A stretch of 64,000 nucleotides of DNA from assembly GCA_005787345.1 (NCBI GenBank), contig SYBH01000145.1, positions 3,891-67,890 on the forward strand. The letters are read 5' to 3'. Position 1 is the stretch's first letter; every line of letters begins with the position of its first letter. The notes beneath the pieces are model-generated. The model saw only the letters and a program-made list of their open reading frames with translations, searched no databases and had not been told where the DNA came from. Shown one piece after another: positions 9,891 to 19,267 of the stretch. The position numbers were made by a program, and so were the translations under genes. Source of the DNA: Actinomycetota bacterium (lineage in GTDB: Bacteria; Actinomycetota; Acidimicrobiia; Acidimicrobiales; Acidimicrobilacustridaceae).

Positions 9891-10418
9891 TTAGACGGGC
9901 TCTCGATTGAGATGCCATTGCACTTCAATCACTTGACCAAATCGAAGTGGACCTGACGCGATCACGTCCGTCCAGATGAATGCTTGATCCATGTTCGTGG
10001 CGATGGCATTAGGTGCATCGTGCGGAAAGAGTCCGAGCACTTCAATACGACCGCGCAGCTCAACGTCGTTCTCTGAGGCATTACGGATGTTGTCGATGAT
10101 GGCTCGGTGTTCTTCAACCGTTCCCACTCGGACACCAAAGTGCGGCGAGTTCTGCGGAGCAGCGCGCACCATCTCAACCCATTCATCGGCCGAATCAGCC
10201 ATCGCAGCTTCGATAGCGATCTGTTCAGCCGGTGCTTCTGATGCGTAGAAGGCGTTGTTGGCGTAATCACGAAGGTTCGTGTCGATGAACGCAGTGAACC
10301 AGTGGCGGCCGCTGTCAGACACTGTGCAGCCCAGTAACTCAAAGACGCGGGCGGCCAGCGCGCGCTCGCCGGGTGCATGCAATAGCTCCACATGTGTCAG
10401 ACGACGATCAACGTTCAC
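9891..10418 (-). CDS. Hypothetical protein, VOC/glyoxalase-like
   Basis: LTHVEL, PHFGVRV and VIEVQ resemble VOC metal-ligand strands; G-rich SD before GTG. Confidence 0.6.
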   Translation of the reverse strand: MNVDRRLTHVELLHAPGERALAARVFELLGCTVSDSGRHWFTAFIDTNLRDYANNAFYASEAPAEQIAIEAAMADSADEWVEMVRAAPQNSPHFGVRVGTVEEHRAIIDNIRNASENDVELRGRIEVLGLFPHDAPNAIATNMDQAFIWTDVIASGPLRFGQVIEVQWHLNREPV

Positions 10419-10466
10419 GAGCCCCCCTTGAACAACGTGACTGTGATCGTTGCCAACGAATCGTAA

Positions 10467-12257
10467 TTAGCCGAGACGCTTTTCGAGTTCGCGCAGTTCG
10501 TCACGAAGTTCTGACGGAAGCTCCGCACCGAAGGAGTCGAGGTGCGCTTCGATCTGTGGGATTTCGGCGCTCCATGCGGCGCTGTCAACCGACAACAAGG
10601 TGGCCATGGTGGCGTCATCGATGTCGAGGCCAGAAAGGTCGAGGTCGGATGCGCTCGGAACACGACCAATGGCGGTATCGGTGGCGCCGGCAGTGCCTTC
10701 GAGGCGCTCGACGATCCACTTAAGAACTCGGGAGTTCTCGCCAAAGCCTGGCCACAGGAACGAACCGTCGTCGCCCTTGCGGAACCAGTTGACCCAGAAC
10801 AACTTGGGAAGGTTTGACGCGTCGGTTGCTTCGCCGATCTCGAGCCAATGCTTGAAGTAATCGCCCATGTTGTAGCCACAGAACGGAAGCATGGCGAAGG
10901 GGTCGAAACGAAGTTCGCCGACCACGCCAGCAGCAGCTGCGGTCTTTTCCGAGCTCATGATTGAGCCGAGGAACACACCGTGGCGCCAATCGAATGATTC
11001 GGTCACCAACGGAACGTTGGTGGCGCGACGGCCGCCGAAAAGAATTGCCGAGATCGGCACACCGGCAGGGTCTTGCCATTCGGGTGCGATCGACGGGCAC
11101 TGTGCCGCCGGAGCAGTGAAGCGCGCGTTCGGGTGAGCAGCGGGGGAGTCCGAGGCCGGAGTCCAGTCGTTGCCCTTCCAGTCGATGAGGTGCGCAGGCG
11201 CTTCATCGGAAAGGTCTTCCCACCAGATGTCGCCATCGTCGGTGAGTGCGCAGTTGGTGAAGATCGAATTGCCCTTCACCGATTCAAGAGCATTGAAGTT
11301 CGACTTGGCTGAGGTACCAGGAGCAACGCCGAAGAAACCGGCTTCGGGGTTGATGGCGTAGAGACGACCATCGGCACCGAACTTCATCCATGCAATGTCG
11401 TCACCAACGGTTTCGACCTTCCAACCTGGAAGGGTGGGGATGAGCATCGCCATGTTCGTCTTGCCGCATGCTGACGGGAATGCCGCAGCGACGTACTTCT
11501 TCACGCCTTCAGGTGAGGTGAGGCCAAGGATGAGCATGTGCTCAGCCATCCAGCCATTGTCACGAGCCATCGTTGAAGCGATGCGCAGCGCAAAGCACTT
11601 CTTGCCGAGCAGTGCGTTGCCGCCGTAGCCCGAGCCGTAGGACCAGATCTCGCTGGTTTCAGGGAAGTGCACGATGTACTTGTTCTCGGCATCGCACGGC
11701 CAGGCAACATCGGCCTGGCCAGCAGCAAGCGGCATGCCAACGGAATGCACACACGGAACCCATTCGCCATTGCCAAGAACGTCGAGTGCGCCCTGGCCCA
11801 TGCGGGTCATGATGCGCATGTTCACTGCGACATAGGCAGAGTCGCTGAGCTGCACACCAATGTGTGCGATAGGTGAACCGAGCGGACCCATTGAGAAGGG
11901 CACGACATACATCGTGCGGCCCTTCATTGCGCCGGCGTAGAGCTTGTTCATTTCGGCACGCATCTCTGCGGGCGGACGCCAGTTATTCGTTGGGCCTGCA
12001 TCGACTTCGCGTTCGGAGCAGATGTAGGTGCGGTCTTCAACGCGAGCAACGTCACCCGGGTCGGAGAGTGCGAGGTAACTATTCGGCCGCTTTGCTTCGT
12101 TCAGCGTGCGGAAGGTTCCACCTTCGACAAGTTGCGCGCAGAGGCGCTCGTACTCTTCGGCGGAACCGTCGCACCAATAGACGTCGTCGGGTTGCAAGAT
12201 TTCGCGCCACTGTTCGACCCAGTCGATCAGCTTTTGGTTTGTTGTCTGCCCGGCCAT
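10467..12257 (-). CDS. pckG: Phosphoenolpyruvate carboxykinase (GTP)
   Basis: [44 protein letters not shown]. Start ATG 12257 with SD GGAGG. Confidence 0.97.
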   Translation of the reverse strand: MAGQTTNQKLIDWVEQWREILQPDDVYWCDGSAEEYERLCAQLVEGGTFRTLNEAKRPNSYLALSDPGDVARVEDRTYICSEREVDAGPTNNWRPPAEMRAEMNKLYAGAMKGRTMYVVPFSMGPLGSPIAHIGVQLSDSAYVAVNMRIMTRMGQGALDVLGNGEWVPCVHSVGMPLAAGQADVAWPCDAENKYIVHFPETSEIWSYGSGYGGNALLGKKCFALRIASTMARDNGWMAEHMLILGLTSPEGVKKYVAAAFPSACGKTNMAMLIPTLPGWKVETVGDDIAWMKFGADGRLYAINPEAGFFGVAPGTSAKSNFNALESVKGNSIFTNCALTDDGDIWWEDLSDEAPAHLIDWKGNDWTPASDSPAAHPNARFTAPAAQCPSIAPEWQDPAGVPISAILFGGRRATNVPLVTESFDWRHGVFLGSIMSSEKTAAAAGVVGELRFDPFAMLPFCGYNMGDYFKHWLEIGEATDASNLPKLFWVNWFRKGDDGSFLWPGFGENSRVLKWIVERLEGTAGATDTAIGRVPSASDLDLSGLDIDDATMATLLSVDSAAWSAEIPQIEAHLDSFGAELPSELRDELRELEKRLG

Positions 12258-12397
12258 GTTTCCTCCGACATCGTTGTCGAATGCGCGTTGCGCCTGAGTG
12301 GGGGGTTGTTCTCGGAAAGCGGTTGCCGCCGAGTGAACCTGTGGTGAATCTGCGAAGCGTAGAGGATCTAACGGCGCTCTCCGTCGCCGAAACCCTA
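12258..12397 (-). promoter_or_regulatory. pckG promoter (-10 TAGGGT) and structured 5' leader
   Basis: TAGGGT at 12397-12392 on the minus strand; several hairpins, the last pairing over the SD. Confidence 0.5.
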
Positions 12398-12414
12398 GGT
12401 GTGCCGCGTGGCAC

Positions 12415-12702
12415 TCAGCCGTCGGTGCCGCCCTGAGGGTGCTGCACATTGTCGGCGTTCGGTTGTTCGAACCCCGGGGTGCCCATATCGGCTTCAGAGC
12501 CCATGCGAAGACGAATGGCTAAGGAGCCACCGTCGAGATCGAAGACCACTCGCTGTCCCTGACGTAGGGAACGGAAAACCGAACCCACGAGGGCGCTGCG
12601 GGTGAATTCGTAATCGTTCAGGTCCGTGTCGCAGATGATGGTGCCGACGCCGGAGACCGGGTCGTAGGACTTGACGACTCCCTGCAAAGGACCGGCAGAC
12701 AC
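12415..12702 (-). CDS. Divergent cold-shock-domain-like protein
   Basis: [17 protein letters not shown]...[14 protein letters not shown] resembles the CSD scaffold; GTG 2 nt after the rpmB stop. Confidence 0.7.
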   Translation of the reverse strand: MSAGPLQGVVKSYDPVSGVGTIICDTDLNDYEFTRSALVGSVFRSLRQGQRVVFDLDGGSLAIRLRMGSEADMGTPGFEQPNADNVQHPQGGTDG

Positions 12703-12704
12703 GG

Positions 12705-12899
12705 TCAGCGGACTGCCTTGACGACCTTGCCGGCCTTGAGGCACGACGTGCACACGTTGACGCGCTTGGTCGAACCGTTGACAACGGCGCGAACTCGCTG
12801 GATGTTCGGATTCCAACGGCGCTTCGTGCGGCGATGGGAGTGGCTTACCGCCATACCGAACGATGGGTGCTTTCCGCACACCTCGCATACAGCTGCCAT
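12705..12899 (-). CDS. rpmB: 50S ribosomal protein L28 (four-Cys form)
   Basis: CEVCGK...[19 protein letters not shown]...[11 protein letters not shown]. Confidence 0.97.
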   Translation of the reverse strand: MAAVCEVCGKHPSFGMAVSHSHRRTKRRWNPNIQRVRAVVNGSTKRVNVCTSCLKAGKVVKAVR

Positions 12900-13047
12900 G
12901 ACAACACACTCCGGGACGTCAGAAGAATCGAACGGCGAATCGTAGCAGCGAGCCCCCTCAGGCCCAATTCGGAGGCTGACCGGCCTGAATCAGGCCGATT
13001 TGGGTTGCCTCAGCCGAACGCCGGGCACATCGGTAGTCTCTCCGCCG

Positions 13048-14712
13048 ATGTCGATCGCCACCAGCCTGACCGCCGATGACCTCCGGACTCTCATCCGGGG
13101 CTACGCCGATGCCTTGGCCGCTCATCGAGAGACCATCAACCGGCTGAATGTCTATCCGGTTCCCGATGGCGACACCGGAACGAACATGGCCCTCACCCTG
13201 GCCTCGGTCGTGGCCGAGCTTGAGGGCGCCGATTCCGATCTTGATTCCACATGTCAGGCCATTTCGCACGGTTCGCTCATGGGTGCTCGTGGAAATTCGG
13301 GGGTGATCCTTTCGCAGATCTTGCGTGGGCTGTCTGCTGAGTTCCGGGCCGCTCCAGTGATTGATGGCGCAGCATTCGCAACTGCACTTGATGCCGCAGC
13401 CACCGCCGCCTACGGAGCAGTAATGAAGCCGGTCGAAGGAACGATCCTCACAGTTGTGCGGGTTGCGGCCGAAGGTGGGCGCGCTGCGGCCGATGCTGGA
13501 TCCGATCTCCTCGGAGTACTCGAAGCAGCACATGCATCGGGCACCGATGCGCTCGCTCGCACTCCTGAGATGTTGCAGGTATTGGCCGATGCCGGTGTTG
13601 TTGATTCCGGCGGAACTGGCCTTCTGTTGATGTTCGATGTTGCGCTCAACATTGTGAGCGGTCGCCCGATTCCTGAAGCGGCGGAAGATCCCGCTGGGGC
13701 ATCGGCAGAATTTCTCGATGCGTTCGATGCTGCTCATGGCGATGGCTCCCACGACGGATCACTCGCGAGTCTTCGTTACGAAGTCATGTACTTCCTCGAA
13801 GCACCCGATGAAGCGGTGCCCGGTTTCAAAGATGTGTGGTCGACCCTGGGCGATTCAATCGTCGTTGTAGGTGGCGACGGAATTTGGAATTGCCACATTC
13901 ATACCGACGACATCGGCGCAACGATCGATGCCGCTGTCGATATTGGTCGTCCGCGTTCCATTCGTGTCACTGATCTTCTTGAAGAGGTTGAAGAAGAGCG
14001 TTGGGTACGCGAGGCCGAACCCATGGTTCCCGAACCGGCAACAACTCACGACCCCGTTCCATGCGCGGTCGTTGCGGTTTCGGTAGGCGACGGCATTCGT
14101 CGTATCTTCCATTCGCTTGGCGTGCAGGTGATCGTCACTGGCGGCCAAACGATGAACCCGTCGACTGCGCAATTGCTTGAAGCGGTTGAAGCGGCTCCGG
14201 CCGATGATGTTGTGTTGTTGCCGAACAACAAGAACATCATTCCGGTGGCCGAACAGGTCGACGCCATGACGACCAAGAACGTTCGTGTCGTGCCCACTCG
14301 TGGCGTTGCGGAAGGTTTCGCTTCGTTGCTGGCCTACGACCCGGAAGGTACGGCAACCTCAAATGCCGACGCAATGTCCGAGGCTGCTGCGCATGTTGTT
14401 GCCGGCGAACTCACTCGAGCGGTTCGTGATTCAAGCAGCGATGCTGGTCCAATCAGTGAAGGCGACTGGCTGGGTATTGCACGCGACGGAATCATTTCGA
14501 TCAACCCTGATCTTTCCGAAGCCGCTGCTGCCCTGCTTGCCCACATCGTGATTGACGATCATGAAATCGTCACGATCATCGAAGGCGAAGGCGCAACGCC
14601 TGCGGCCACTCGACATCTAGAAGTGTGGGTGCACGACAACCGACCAGGTTGTGAGGTCGAAGTGCATCACGGCGGACAGCCGCTTTATCCCTATCTCTTC
14701 GGTATCGAGTGA
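13048..14712 (+). CDS. DAK2 domain protein (fatty-acid kinase FakA-like)
   Basis: INRLNVYPVPDGDTGTNM, GARGNSGVILSQ, KPVEGTILTV, GGQTMNPS, GGQPLYPY; upstream of recG. Confidence 0.93.
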   Translation: MSIATSLTADDLRTLIRGYADALAAHRETINRLNVYPVPDGDTGTNMALTLASVVAELEGADSDLDSTCQAISHGSLMGARGNSGVILSQILRGLSAEFRAAPVIDGAAFATALDAAATAAYGAVMKPVEGTILTVVRVAAEGGRAAADAGSDLLGVLEAAHASGTDALARTPEMLQVLADAGVVDSGGTGLLLMFDVALNIVSGRPIPEAAEDPAGASAEFLDAFDAAHGDGSHDGSLASLRYEVMYFLEAPDEAVPGFKDVWSTLGDSIVVVGGDGIWNCHIHTDDIGATIDAAVDIGRPRSIRVTDLLEEVEEERWVREAEPMVPEPATTHDPVPCAVVAVSVGDGIRRIFHSLGVQVIVTGGQTMNPSTAQLLEAVEAAPADDVVLLPNNKNIIPVAEQVDAMTTKNVRVVPTRGVAEGFASLLAYDPEGTATSNADAMSEAAAHVVAGELTRAVRDSSSDAGPISEGDWLGIARDGIISINPDLSEAAAALLAHIVIDDHEIVTIIEGEGATPAATRHLEVWVHDNRPGCEVEVHHGGQPLYPYLFGIE

Positions 14713-16865
14713 GCGAGATCGTGGGACGTCGGTTGGCGCAACTCGCCAACCTGCCGGCAAGCGAACTCAAAGGAGTTGGCGCGACCAAGGCGGCTTCACT
14801 CGGAAAGATGGGTATTCGTTCGATACTCGATGTCTTGACGCACTATCCACGCCGTTATATCGATCGGACGAAAGAAGCGAAGATCGCAGATCTTGAAGTG
14901 GGCGAAGAGGCAGCGATTCTGGTCAACGTGAAGCGTTCTACTCAGCGCCGCACTGGTAAGGGTAAGTCGATGGTCATCGTGACAGTCACCGACGGCACGG
15001 CGTCGATGGACGTCACGTTCTTTGGACAACCATTTCGCGAGAAACAACTGCAACCGGGGCTTGACGCAGTCTTTTTCGGAAAGCTTGAGCTTTACGGAGG
15101 AAAGCGCAAGATGACCAACCCGGTTGTTGACCTCATCGGCAACCGGACCGGAAGGATTCTCCCCGTCTATGGGCAGTCCGAGAAGGCGGGGATCGCTTCG
15201 TGGGATATTGCACGCTTTTGTGAAGAGACATTGCGCCGAGCGGGTGACTTCGCCGAACCGCTCGATGAAGCCTTGCTCGACCGGCTTGATCTTGTAGCAA
15301 GAACTGAAGCGTTTCGTGCCATCCATATGCCCGAGTCGATGGCCGAAGCTGCTGCGGCTCGTCGGCGTTTGGTATTCGACGAACTGTTGCGAGTGCAGGT
15401 GGAGTTGGTTCGTCGCAAACGTGAGCTTGAACGCACCGCTGTGGGCATCGCTCAAGCGGTTGGAGACGGCGGTGGGCCGTTAGTGAAGCGCTTCCACGAA
15501 GTCCTTCCTTACGATCTCACCGACGCTCAGGCTCGAACGATTGGCGAGATCAATGAAGACCTCGCCAAGGGTCATCCCATGCATCGGTTGTTGCAGGGTG
15601 ATGTGGGTGCGGGAAAGACCGTGGTGGCGGTGAGCGCGATGTTGGTTGCGGTGCAGGGTGGTCATCAGGCCGCGCTAATGGCGCCAACTGAAGTTCTGGC
15701 CGAGCAGCATCATCTCGGTATCAAACATCTGCTCGAAGGTTTCACGGTTCCTGATACTGACGAAGGCAATTTGTTCGGCGGGGCTGGTATGGATCGCTCG
15801 TTGCGAGTTGCATTGCTCACGAACCGAACGACTGCTGCCGATCGTCGAAAGATTCTTGAAGACATGGCGACAGGGAATCTCGACATCGTCATCGGCACAC
15901 ATTCGTTGATCTCTGAAGGTATTGAGTTCAATTCGCTTGGCGTTGTGGTGATCGATGAACAGCATCGTTTTGGTGTCGAACAAAGAGCGGCTTTACGTGA
16001 CAAGGGCGCCGGCGACGCGATGCCCGATGTGTTGGTCATGACCGCAACACCAATTCCGCGCACCGCAGCAATGACGGTCTACGGCGACCTCGATGTTTCA
16101 GTTCTCGATGAACTTCCTCCAGGCCGCACGCCGATCGTTACTCGCTGGGCACAGAGCGACATGGACGAAGTGCAAGTGTGGCAGCAGGTCCGCGACGAAA
16201 TTGCCGCTGGTCGCCAGGTCTATGTCGTGTGTCCATTGATTGAAGAGAGCGAAAAGCTTGAGGTTCGATCGGCACAGGAAACCTTTGAGGAACTTACGAC
16301 CGGCGAACTTTCAGGGCTACGAGTTGGTCTGCTGCACGGTCGACTGAAGTCGGATGAGAAAGACGCAGTCATGACCCAGTTCCGCGCTGGCGAACTCGAT
16401 GCGCTCGTTTCAACGACGGTCATTGAAGTTGGTGTCGACGTTCCGAACGCAACCGTTATGGTCATTCTCGATGCCACGCGTTTCGGCATTGCACAGTTGC
16501 ATCAGTTGCGTGGACGTGTCGGTCGAGGCGCAGCGAAGTCCTTCTGTTGGCTGGTTGGCGAGGCGAAAACTCCCGATGGCGAAGCACGCCTTGAAGCACT
16601 TGTTCGGAGCACCGATGGGTTCGAACTTGCTGAAGTCGATCTCGACCTTCGTGGCGAAGGCACGATCATGGGGGAGCGACAAAAAGGTCAGAACGATCTG
16701 AAGTTGGCCTCATTGCGTCGTGACCGTGAATGGGTAGTGATTGCTCGAGAGATTGCGATCGAGCTTCTCGATTCTGATCCCGACTTGGCCAGGCATGAAC
16801 TGTTGGCCGAAGAAGTAGATCTGTTCCTTAAAGCTGACGACATCGATTTCCTGATGAAAAGTTGA
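14709..16865 (+). CDS. recG: ATP-dependent DNA helicase RecG
   Basis: RLLQGDVGAGKT, DEQHRFGV, MTATPIPR, QLHQLRGRVGRG. Confidence 0.97.
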   Translation: MSEIVGRRLAQLANLPASELKGVGATKAASLGKMGIRSILDVLTHYPRRYIDRTKEAKIADLEVGEEAAILVNVKRSTQRRTGKGKSMVIVTVTDGTASMDVTFFGQPFREKQLQPGLDAVFFGKLELYGGKRKMTNPVVDLIGNRTGRILPVYGQSEKAGIASWDIARFCEETLRRAGDFAEPLDEALLDRLDLVARTEAFRAIHMPESMAEAAAARRRLVFDELLRVQVELVRRKRELERTAVGIAQAVGDGGGPLVKRFHEVLPYDLTDAQARTIGEINEDLAKGHPMHRLLQGDVGAGKTVVAVSAMLVAVQGGHQAALMAPTEVLAEQHHLGIKHLLEGFTVPDTDEGNLFGGAGMDRSLRVALLTNRTTAADRRKILEDMATGNLDIVIGTHSLISEGIEFNSLGVVVIDEQHRFGVEQRAALRDKGAGDAMPDVLVMTATPIPRTAAMTVYGDLDVSVLDELPPGRTPIVTRWAQSDMDEVQVWQQVRDEIAAGRQVYVVCPLIEESEKLEVRSAQETFEELTTGELSGLRVGLLHGRLKSDEKDAVMTQFRAGELDALVSTTVIEVGVDVPNATVMVILDATRFGIAQLHQLRGRVGRGAAKSFCWLVGEAKTPDGEARLEALVRSTDGFELAEVDLDLRGEGTIMGERQKGQNDLKLASLRRDREWVVIAREIAIELLDSDPDLARHELLAEEVDLFLKADDIDFLMKS

Positions 16866-16888
16866 TTAGTTCTTCCTAGGATCTTGCC

Positions 16889-17554
16889 ATGACAACAATC
16901 GTTCTTACGCACGGTGCATTTCACGGCAGTTGGTGTTTCGAACCCTTAGTGGCCGAACTCGAGGCACGAGGTGCAACCACCGCACTTGTCGATCTTCCGC
17001 TTACCGACCTCACTGAAGATGCGGCGGCGGTAACCGCGGCCCTCGACGCGATTGAGGGCCCCATCATTCTTCTCGGTCATTCCTATGGCGGCGCAGTAGT
17101 AACGGTTGCTGGAAATCATCGGTCGGTTGAACGATTGGTGTACCTCGCCGCACTTGGTCCCGACGCAGGCGAGTTGGGCAGTGGTGGGCCGATGACAATC
17201 GGCGAGCAGTTCCTCACCACCATGCGAGTTGATGACGACGGACTGCCATTCATCGACCCGGAATTTGCAGCACAGATCTTCTACCCAGACATTGATCCGA
17301 TTGAGGCGGCGCGTTGGGCGACCAAACTTCGTTCGGGAAATACAGGCGGCACCGTCATTGTCGAAAAAGCAGCGTGGCGTTCGACGCCGAGCACCTATGT
17401 CGTGTGCACCGACGATCCGATTCTTCTTGTCGACGGTCAGCGTGCCGTCGCCGAACGCATGGGTGCCGATGTCGTCGAGATGCCCGGCGATCATTCGCCG
17501 ATGGTTGCTCGGCCGGCAGAATTGGCCGACATCCTCGTTGCATTACTTGACTGA
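16889..17554 (+). CDS. Alpha/beta hydrolase (esterase-like)
   Basis: HGAFHGSWC, GHSYGG, DHSPM. Confidence 0.88.
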   Translation: MTTIVLTHGAFHGSWCFEPLVAELEARGATTALVDLPLTDLTEDAAAVTAALDAIEGPIILLGHSYGGAVVTVAGNHRSVERLVYLAALGPDAGELGSGGPMTIGEQFLTTMRVDDDGLPFIDPEFAAQIFYPDIDPIEAARWATKLRSGNTGGTVIVEKAAWRSTPSTYVVCTDDPILLVDGQRAVAERMGADVVEMPGDHSPMVARPAELADILVALLD

Positions 17555-17572
17555 CCGTTTCCGGTGTTTTGC

Positions 17573-18007
17573 CTACAACGAGCGCGGTGATCGCAACCTT
17601 CCGCTTCCGTCAATCGCACCGCTGTAGATCAATTCAAAATCGCGTTGAGTGAACCGAAGTACACCGTCGAGGGCGCGCGCCATCACGTCGTGATACACGC
17701 CGATGAGTTCGCTGACCGTTCCGTCCTCGCGCCATTGAAGTTCGCGAATCTGCCAACGCGCGCTTGCGTTGTCGCCATCGACATAGGAAATCGTTCCGTT
17801 GAGAACTTGCTGCACACATTGCCGGTAAGTGGGTCGAATCTTTTCGAATGTGGCCGTAATCGCGTCACGACCTTCGATGACCCCGTCGCCAGGAATCAGC
17901 CAGCGCGCGTCGTCGGCCCACGTGTCGGAAAACTCCTCGACATCTACGCGAAGCACCGCGTCGCAATAGCGGCCAACAAGATTGTGAACGTCAGCGTCGA
18001 TACCCAT
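17573..18007 (-). CDS. SnoaL/NTF2-like protein
   Basis: LVGRYCDAV...TWADDA...GRDAI...GVYHD pattern. Confidence 0.82.
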   Translation of the reverse strand: MGIDADVHNLVGRYCDAVLRVDVEEFSDTWADDARWLIPGDGVIEGRDAITATFEKIRPTYRQCVQQVLNGTISYVDGDNASARWQIRELQWREDGTVSELIGVYHDVMARALDGVLRFTQRDFELIYSGAIDGSGRLRSPRSL

Positions 18008-18021
18008 GGCGTGACCTCGTG

Positions 18022-18198
18022 TCAGTAACGGTCGTCGTCATCCGACGGGTCGCCAAGGACGATGTCGAATCGCTCGTTGCAATCGGGGCAGCGGTAGGCC
18101 ACGACATCTCCCGGCTCCCAGCCGTCCTCGGGTGGGTAGGACAATGGATGGAGGGTGCCTCCGCAGTCGACACAGGTCATTCCGAGTTCGGCATCCAT
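18022..18198 (-). CDS. Small acidic zinc-ribbon protein (58 aa)
   Basis: CVDC...CPDC with acidic tail; has its own -10 box (TACCCT) 6 nt before the ATG. Confidence 0.75.
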   Translation of the reverse strand: MDAELGMTCVDCGGTLHPLSYPPEDGWEPGDVVAYRCPDCNERFDIVLGDPSDDDDRY

Positions 18199-18221
18199 CG
18201 TCACAGGGTACGGTCGCCGGG
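18199..18221. promoter_or_regulatory. Bidirectional leaderless promoter with overlapping -10 boxes
   Basis: TACGGT (+, 18209-18214) 7 nt before the rsmD ATG; TACCCT (-, 18210-18205) 6 nt before the zinc-ribbon ATG. Confidence 0.7.
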
Positions 18222-18791
18222 ATGAGGGTTGTGGCCGGCCAAGCAAGAGGACGCAGATTGGTGGCTCCTGAAGGGAGCGATACCCGGCCCACGCTCGATC
18301 GCGTTCGAGAGTCGATGTTCAACTCGCTCGTCAGTCTCGATGCAGTCGATGACGCCCGGGTGCTCGATCTGTTTGCCGGTTCTGGTGCGCTGGGAATCGA
18401 AGCCCTGTCTCGCGGTGCGGCCTCGTGCGTCTTCGTTGATCATGGCCGTGACGCCCGCAAAGCGATCAGTACCAACCTTGAAACGACGGGATTTCTTGAT
18501 CAAGCCACAGTTGTGGCCCAAGACGCGATGGTGTGGCTGCGAGACGCAGCAAAAAGCTCGTTACTCCCTCAGTTTGATCTCGTGCTGATCGACCCGCCCT
18601 ATGTGGCCGATGACGAGCTGTGGTCTGAAGTCCTTCACCTAGTGACTCACATCGCCGCAGGCGGTGTCGTTGTTGCCGAATCAGCGCGAGAGATCACGGT
18701 TCCGGCTGGATGGGATACACGAAAGGAGAAGAGGTACGGGGGTACGCTCGTAAGCGTCCTGCTGCCCCCCGACAGTCCGGAGTCTCCGTGA
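18222..18791 (+). CDS. rsmD: 16S rRNA m2G966 methyltransferase
   Basis: MRVVAG..RG, TRPTLDRVRESMFN, VLDLFAGSGALGIEALSRGA, IDPPY. Confidence 0.95.
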   Translation: MRVVAGQARGRRLVAPEGSDTRPTLDRVRESMFNSLVSLDAVDDARVLDLFAGSGALGIEALSRGAASCVFVDHGRDARKAISTNLETTGFLDQATVVAQDAMVWLRDAAKSSLLPQFDLVLIDPPYVADDELWSEVLHLVTHIAAGGVVVAESAREITVPAGWDTRKEKRYGGTLVSVLLPPDSPESP

Positions 18792-19267
18792 CCCGAGTGC
18801 TTTACCCGGGATCGTTCGACCCGATCCATAACGGTCACCTTGAGATCATCGCTACGGCGTCGCGTCTGTTCGACGAGGTCATCGTCGCTGCCATGCGCAA
18901 CCCTCAGAAGGGCGAGCCATTGTTCTCGCTCGATGAGCGTCGAGAGATGCTCGAGGAATCAGTCGCCCATCTTCCTAACGTAACGGTCACGATGTTCGCA
19001 TCGCTCGTTGTTGATCTCGCAAAGGAAATGGACGCCGACTTCATCGTGAAGGGTCTGCGTGCCGTTTCTGACTTTGAGAGCGAATTGCAAATGGCGCAGA
19101 TGAACCAGAAAATTTCAGGCGTGGACACGTTGTTCATTCCGTCGGCATCAGGGAACTCGTTCCTTGCGTCGAAGTTGCTTCGAGAGATCACCCGCTTCGG
19201 CGGCGATGTGACACCCATGGTGCCGACTGCCGTTGCCAAACGACTTCAGGAGAAGTACGGATCGTGA
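18788..19267 (+). CDS. coaD: Phosphopantetheine adenylyltransferase
   Basis: YPGSFDPIHNGH, KGLRAVSDFESELQMAQMN. Confidence 0.96.
   Translation: MTRVLYPGSFDPIHNGHLEIIATASRLFDEVIVAAMRNPQKGEPLFSLDERREMLEESVAHLPNVTVTMFASLVVDLAKEMDADFIVKGLRAVSDFESELQMAQMNQKISGVDTLFIPSASGNSFLASKLLREITRFGGDVTPMVPTAVAKRLQEKYGS

Noticed and set aside
12258-12449. 64-aa N-terminal extension of pckG in the track
   Set aside because: GGAGG before ATG 12257 and the PEPCK-like sequence starting there indicate the extension is untranslated leader.
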